Below, in pieces: positions 60,927-64,000 of a stretch of DNA of 64,000 nt. The position numbers were made by a program, and so were the translations under genes. Location of the stretch: assembly GCA_027623015.1 (NCBI GenBank), contig JAQBVR010000003.1, forward strand, positions 2,197 through 66,196, read 5' to 3'. Each line of letters starts with the position of its first letter. Within the stretch, counting starts at the first letter, position 1. This DNA comes from a bacterium (lineage in GTDB: Bacteria > Patescibacteriota > Gracilibacteria > Peribacterales > Peribacteraceae). The notes beneath the pieces are model-generated. The model was not told the origin of the DNA. It searched no databases and saw only the letters and a program-made list of their open reading frames with translations.

Positions 60927-62984
60927 TTAGCGCAGTAGAGGATCTATAGAAGTCATGTATGCGCGGATGCGAACGTCGTTACTAAAGCGCATGGTTCGAA
61001 CGACGAGAGCGGAGAGCTCTGTTCGAAGCATCGGTTGATCTGGTCTGTAGTTCTCTGTTTTTTGAATAATGTTATTCCCAACTGCAAAGCTGACATAGGG
61101 GTGATACCATTCGCCGTCTTTGAGATCTTTGAAGGGAAGGGGCTTTGGCTTGTATCCATCGGGGATAGCTTTGGATGCTCGTAGCAGGATCGCTAGTGCC
61201 TCTAGTCGGTTTACCGCTTCATCAGGTCGTACTGTGCCATCATTGTATCCTCGTACGATGTTATGCTCTGCGGCGGTGTAGAATAATCGAGAGAGTTCGC
61301 TGTCATTGTCTTTAGCAAGATCTCTAAATGGGGCAGTGTCGTCGGAGATAATGTCGTTCTTTGGATTGCAGTTTCCAATGAGTGCCATATGGACGATGTC
61401 TTCTCGTGTAGCAGGAAGCTCTGCTGCTACCCCTCTATCGGGGATCATATAGTCCATAGTCGTTCCGAGGAATGTTCGTTGGAGAGCAGACACATATGGT
61501 TGAGCCCAATGGTGATCTGGCAGGCTGATTCGTACCCCTGTGCGATCGAGATTGTATGCGAGACAGGGGACGATGTTTGGGTCACGTTCATTACATGTAC
61601 TCTCTTCTTCTACAATCATCGACCCAACAAGTGGTGTAGGAGTGTATGCGTATTCTTGGCTTCTAAATTCTTGTGAGTCGAGATCTAGCTGTTGCATATA
61701 GCTAAAGACAGCAGGGTTTGGATTTATAGCCATGATGCTTATAAGCATGTTACTCATCTCGCTTCTCGTCATAGTGCCAAAGGGGTCGAAGTCCTGTGAG
61801 ACAATGCGGTTCGCTACTGCGAAGTTCACGTAGTCATCGAACCAGTGTTCTTTTGTGACGAAGCTGTACCCTTCTGGTAGTGCATTTGCAGCACGAAGGA
61901 AGAACGCAAGTGTCTCTGCATTGGATGACTGATCAAATGGTCTCACAGTGCCGTCTTCAAAACCCTTTACAATAGCAAACTCGGATGCTGAGTAGACCAC
62001 TTCTGCAGTAAATGTATCGAGGTCTGACCCTTCGCCATCAAGAACGTCTTTAAAATTTCTACCGGTTTGCGTTGCCCCTGTTTTGATAGGCAGGCAGTTA
62101 CTCAGTAGTGCGAGCTTAATGACTTCTAGTCTTGAGCTTCCTCTGTTTGGCTCGAAAGGAAACTCTCCTTCACGGTACTTTTCTTGTTGCTTTCCAGATG
62201 AGTGGTTTCCGCTCCCACTAACGATAAAGTCACCATGCTCTACGATCTTTGTTTTACGTAGTGCCTCTATTACATTGCGATACGGGTCATCTTCTATATC
62301 TGTAAATGTCACAGGGCGATCGGGATGGAACGAAAAGCATGATGTATTACTGTCTATCGCTAAGGCTAAGCGGTGTTCATCGTCAAGAGGACAGTTGTAC
62401 GCATCGGTATCTGGTCCTCCAAAACCACCAAGTTCGTTACTGAAGGTTAGACTGTTTTCTTGCGTGCCACCTATACCACCTCCGCCACCCGATTCACCAC
62501 CACTATTTCCACCTGAGTCACCTCCCGTTGTTCCTCCGCCACCACCTCCATTTCCACCACCACCTCCAGATGACTCTGGGGGTATGGTTACTGATGCATT
62601 GCTGAGGGTGGCTGAGTCGTTGTTTTCGTTATTATCTCCTTGGGTATCGACGGATGCTGAGAATGTTACCGATGGTAGCGCAGCACTAGTCACAAGTGTA
62701 TTGATCGAAATGCTTGGTAGAGATGCTCCACTCGCTAGTGGTCCTTGGTGTGTACACGTCACCGTTTGGTTTGCTGTGGTACAGGTAAATCCATCTCCAC
62801 TTGCACCGAGGACTATGAGACCAACAGGCACGGGCACAGTCACGGTAATGGTATTGATGGTGGCACCATCGCCTATGTTGCTTACTTGCACACCAAAGGA
62901 TGCATTGCTTCCAACAACAATACTCGACGGTGGAGCAATAGATACCGTCAAATCAGCAAGAGAGTAGAGATAGGTGATAGACAC
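60927..62984 (-). CDS. Cell-surface protein: DUF11-like repeat, Gly-rich linker and multiple SLH-like domains; no signal peptide of its own
   Basis: ADLTVSIAPP...VQVSNIGDGAT (DUF11-like), GGGGGNGGGGGGTTGG, and repeated F(T/K/R)D...Y...A......I(V)(K/R)G(F/Y).DGT(V)RP modules. GTG start with GGAG 5 nt upstream. Confidence 0.75.
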   Translation of the reverse strand: MSITYLYSLADLTVSIAPPSSIVVGSNASFGVQVSNIGDGATINTITVTVPVPVGLIVLGASGDGFTCTTANQTVTCTHQGPLASGASLPSISINTLVTSAALPSVTFSASVDTQGDNNENNDSATLSNASVTIPPESSGGGGGNGGGGGGTTGGDSGGNSGGESGGGGGIGGTQENSLTFSNELGGFGGPDTDAYNCPLDDEHRLALAIDSNTSCFSFHPDRPVTFTDIEDDPYRNVIEALRKTKIVEHGDFIVSGSGNHSSGKQQEKYREGEFPFEPNRGSSRLEVIKLALLSNCLPIKTGATQTGRNFKDVLDGEGSDLDTFTAEVVYSASEFAIVKGFEDGTVRPFDQSSNAETLAFFLRAANALPEGYSFVTKEHWFDDYVNFAVANRIVSQDFDPFGTMTRSEMSNMLISIMAINPNPAVFSYMQQLDLDSQEFRSQEYAYTPTPLVGSMIVEEESTCNERDPNIVPCLAYNLDRTGVRISLPDHHWAQPYVSALQRTFLGTTMDYMIPDRGVAAELPATREDIVHMALIGNCNPKNDIISDDTAPFRDLAKDNDSELSRLFYTAAEHNIVRGYNDGTVRPDEAVNRLEALAILLRASKAIPDGYKPKPLPFKDLKDGEWYHPYVSFAVGNNIIQKTENYRPDQPMLRTELSALVVRTMRFSNDVRIRAYMTSIDPLLR

Positions 62985-63044
62985 ATCGACTCCAGCTATA
63001 GATGTAGATCGTGTTTTTAGATTTCCTGCACCACTAAAGCTTGT

Positions 63045-63542
63045 CTAAGCTGTTGCAGTGATGGGTAGATCTATAAGTCCGATGCCTGTAAAGAGTATTG
63101 CGTCTATATCACTAAGACTGATATCACGTGTCTCTGGGTCGTCGGAACTAAAGGTGTGGGTATTTTCAGATGTTCCTCCATAATCTACAGATCCGTCGTA
63201 GGCAGTAAAATCATCTCGTCTTTCGAGAGAAGGTGAGTGGGTGAATAGGCGAGAGAGATTTGGTCGCAGTACACTGATGTACGTATTGATACCCGACAGT
63301 ACAGTGGCTTCTTTTACATCGAGACTTTCTACCTCTAGGGTCCAGTCTGTCTTGGATTGCATCGTGATGCGTAGGCCCGTGAGTACTCCACGCTCATTGA
63401 ACTTTGGCAATGTGATGGACCCTGTCCAGTTTGTAGGCTGTTTTGCTATAGATTGACTAGCGGAGAAGAGATTTTCTGCCTCCACGGAGTGGGGGATAAG
63501 AAGCACAATGAGAGCTACTATAATTATATATAGGCGAAGCAT
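63045..63542 (-). CDS. Secreted protein with signal peptide, in frame with the downstream SLH ORF across one TAG
   Basis: MLRLYIIIVALIVLLIPHSVEA. The fold vaguely recalls choice-of-anchor-type domains, but that recollection is weak. Confidence 0.55.
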   Translation of the reverse strand: MLRLYIIIVALIVLLIPHSVEAENLFSASQSIAKQPTNWTGSITLPKFNERGVLTGLRITMQSKTDWTLEVESLDVKEATVLSGINTYISVLRPNLSRLFTHSPSLERRDDFTAYDGSVDYGGTSENTHTFSSDDPETRDISLSDIDAILFTGIGLIDLPITATA

Positions 63543-63725
63543 ACGTTTATGGTATCGAAATCACTTCTTTTCACCTATTGATTCTGAACGCTCTGACGTT
63601 GTCATTCTATGTGATTCGTGGTCTAAGCATGAATGTAATAATTATTCGTATTTTGTAAATTACCTGCTCTACTCCTTGGCACTTTAGGCCAGATCACGGT
63701 ATTATCTGGTTCGTCTTTCACATAA

Positions 63726-63800
63726 GCGGGCGTCGTATAATGGTTTTTACCCCAGCCTTCCAAGCTGGTGATGGCGGTTCGATTCCGCTCGCCCGCTCCA
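63726..63800 (+). tRNA. tRNA-Gly (anticodon TCC), CCA encoded
   Basis: GCGGGCG acceptor stem pairs with CGCCCGC. Anticodon stem-loop CCAGC-CTTCCAA-GCTGG, GGTTCGATTCC T-arm, TCCA tail. Confidence 0.93.
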
Positions 63801-63859
63801 AAAAATTGATTTTTAGTAGTTTAATGCTATAATATAAAAAATACATCTGCACAATATTT

Positions 63860-64000
63860 ATGCCTCCTGAAAGACCAATTGCCGATCATAGTGAACGCCA
63901 AAAAAATGCAAAACAGGAATTGGAGCAATTCCTCGAAATAGCAGAACAGTTGAATAAAGCTATCTATCTTGCGAAGGAAGCATACGATGGATTGAAAGGG
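63860..64000 (+). CDS. Hypothetical protein, N-terminal fragment (runs off the window)
   Basis: ATG at 63860 reads MPPERPIADHSERQKNAKQELEQFLEIAEQLNKAIYLAKEAYDGLKG and is open to the window end. TGCTATAAT lies about 25 nt upstream. Confidence 0.4.
   Translation, partial: MPPERPIADHSERQKNAKQELEQFLEIAEQLNKAIYLAKEAYDGLKG

Noticed and set aside
62083-62967. 294-aa Pro-rich + strand ORF. A Gly-rich ORF at 54569..54874 is the same kind of case.
   Set aside because: They are mirror images of the Gly-rich and Pro-rich linkers of the SLH proteins on the minus strand. The SLH and DUF11 motifs identify the true frames.
1-64000. Alternative genetic code (UGA or UAG reassignment, as in some CPR lineages).
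   Set aside because: All conserved genes read through intact under code 11 and end at TAA, TAG or TGA with the expected lengths. The single in-frame TAG at 63045 is reported separately as a local anomaly.

Overview
This 64-kb chromosomal window comes from a small-genome bacterium. It uses the standard genetic code, and GC is around the mid-40s % by eye. I call about 62 protein genes and 2 tRNAs (Ala-UGC, Gly-UCC). I saw no rRNA, CRISPR array, transposase, integrase or phage genes. Bacterial housekeeping genes (gyrA, dnaX, ruvA, hrcA, rpmE, rsmI, trxA, pgi, glyA, trpS, dcd, maf, pdxST, pckA, two M23 peptidases) sit beside archaeal-flavoured metabolism. That includes two tandem PurP genes and an eight-gene mevalonate/isoprenoid operon (idi-uppS-mvk-mvaD-HMGR-HMGCS-thiolase-DUF35). 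There are also SLH-domain surface proteins, two TMTC-like GT-C/TPR proteins and several large orphan proteins. This mix suggests a Candidate Phyla Radiation / Peregrinibacteria-like lineage, but that is inference I cannot verify here. Most interesting points: (1) The last gene of the mevalonate operon fuses a DUF35 OB-fold, the archaeal thiolase/HMGCS scaffold, to a diverged guanylate-kinase-like P-loop domain. The operon has no recognisable phosphomevalonate kinase, so this domain is a candidate missing kinase. (2) Many first-in-unit genes have a -10 box (often TGnTAnAAT) only 6-10 nt upstream of the start codon and no Shine-Dalgarno, which suggests widespread leaderless mRNAs. (3) Intergenic regions are full of period-7 word repeats, long purine/pyrimidine hairpins and a dispersed ~200-230-nt repeat family, and the same words also occur inside coding sequences. 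(4) One surface protein combines SLH domains with a CuA-type cupredoxin. (5) A signal-peptide ORF and an SLH surface-protein ORF lie in one frame, separated by a single TAG. All functional calls rest on motif recognition by eye; no searches were run.
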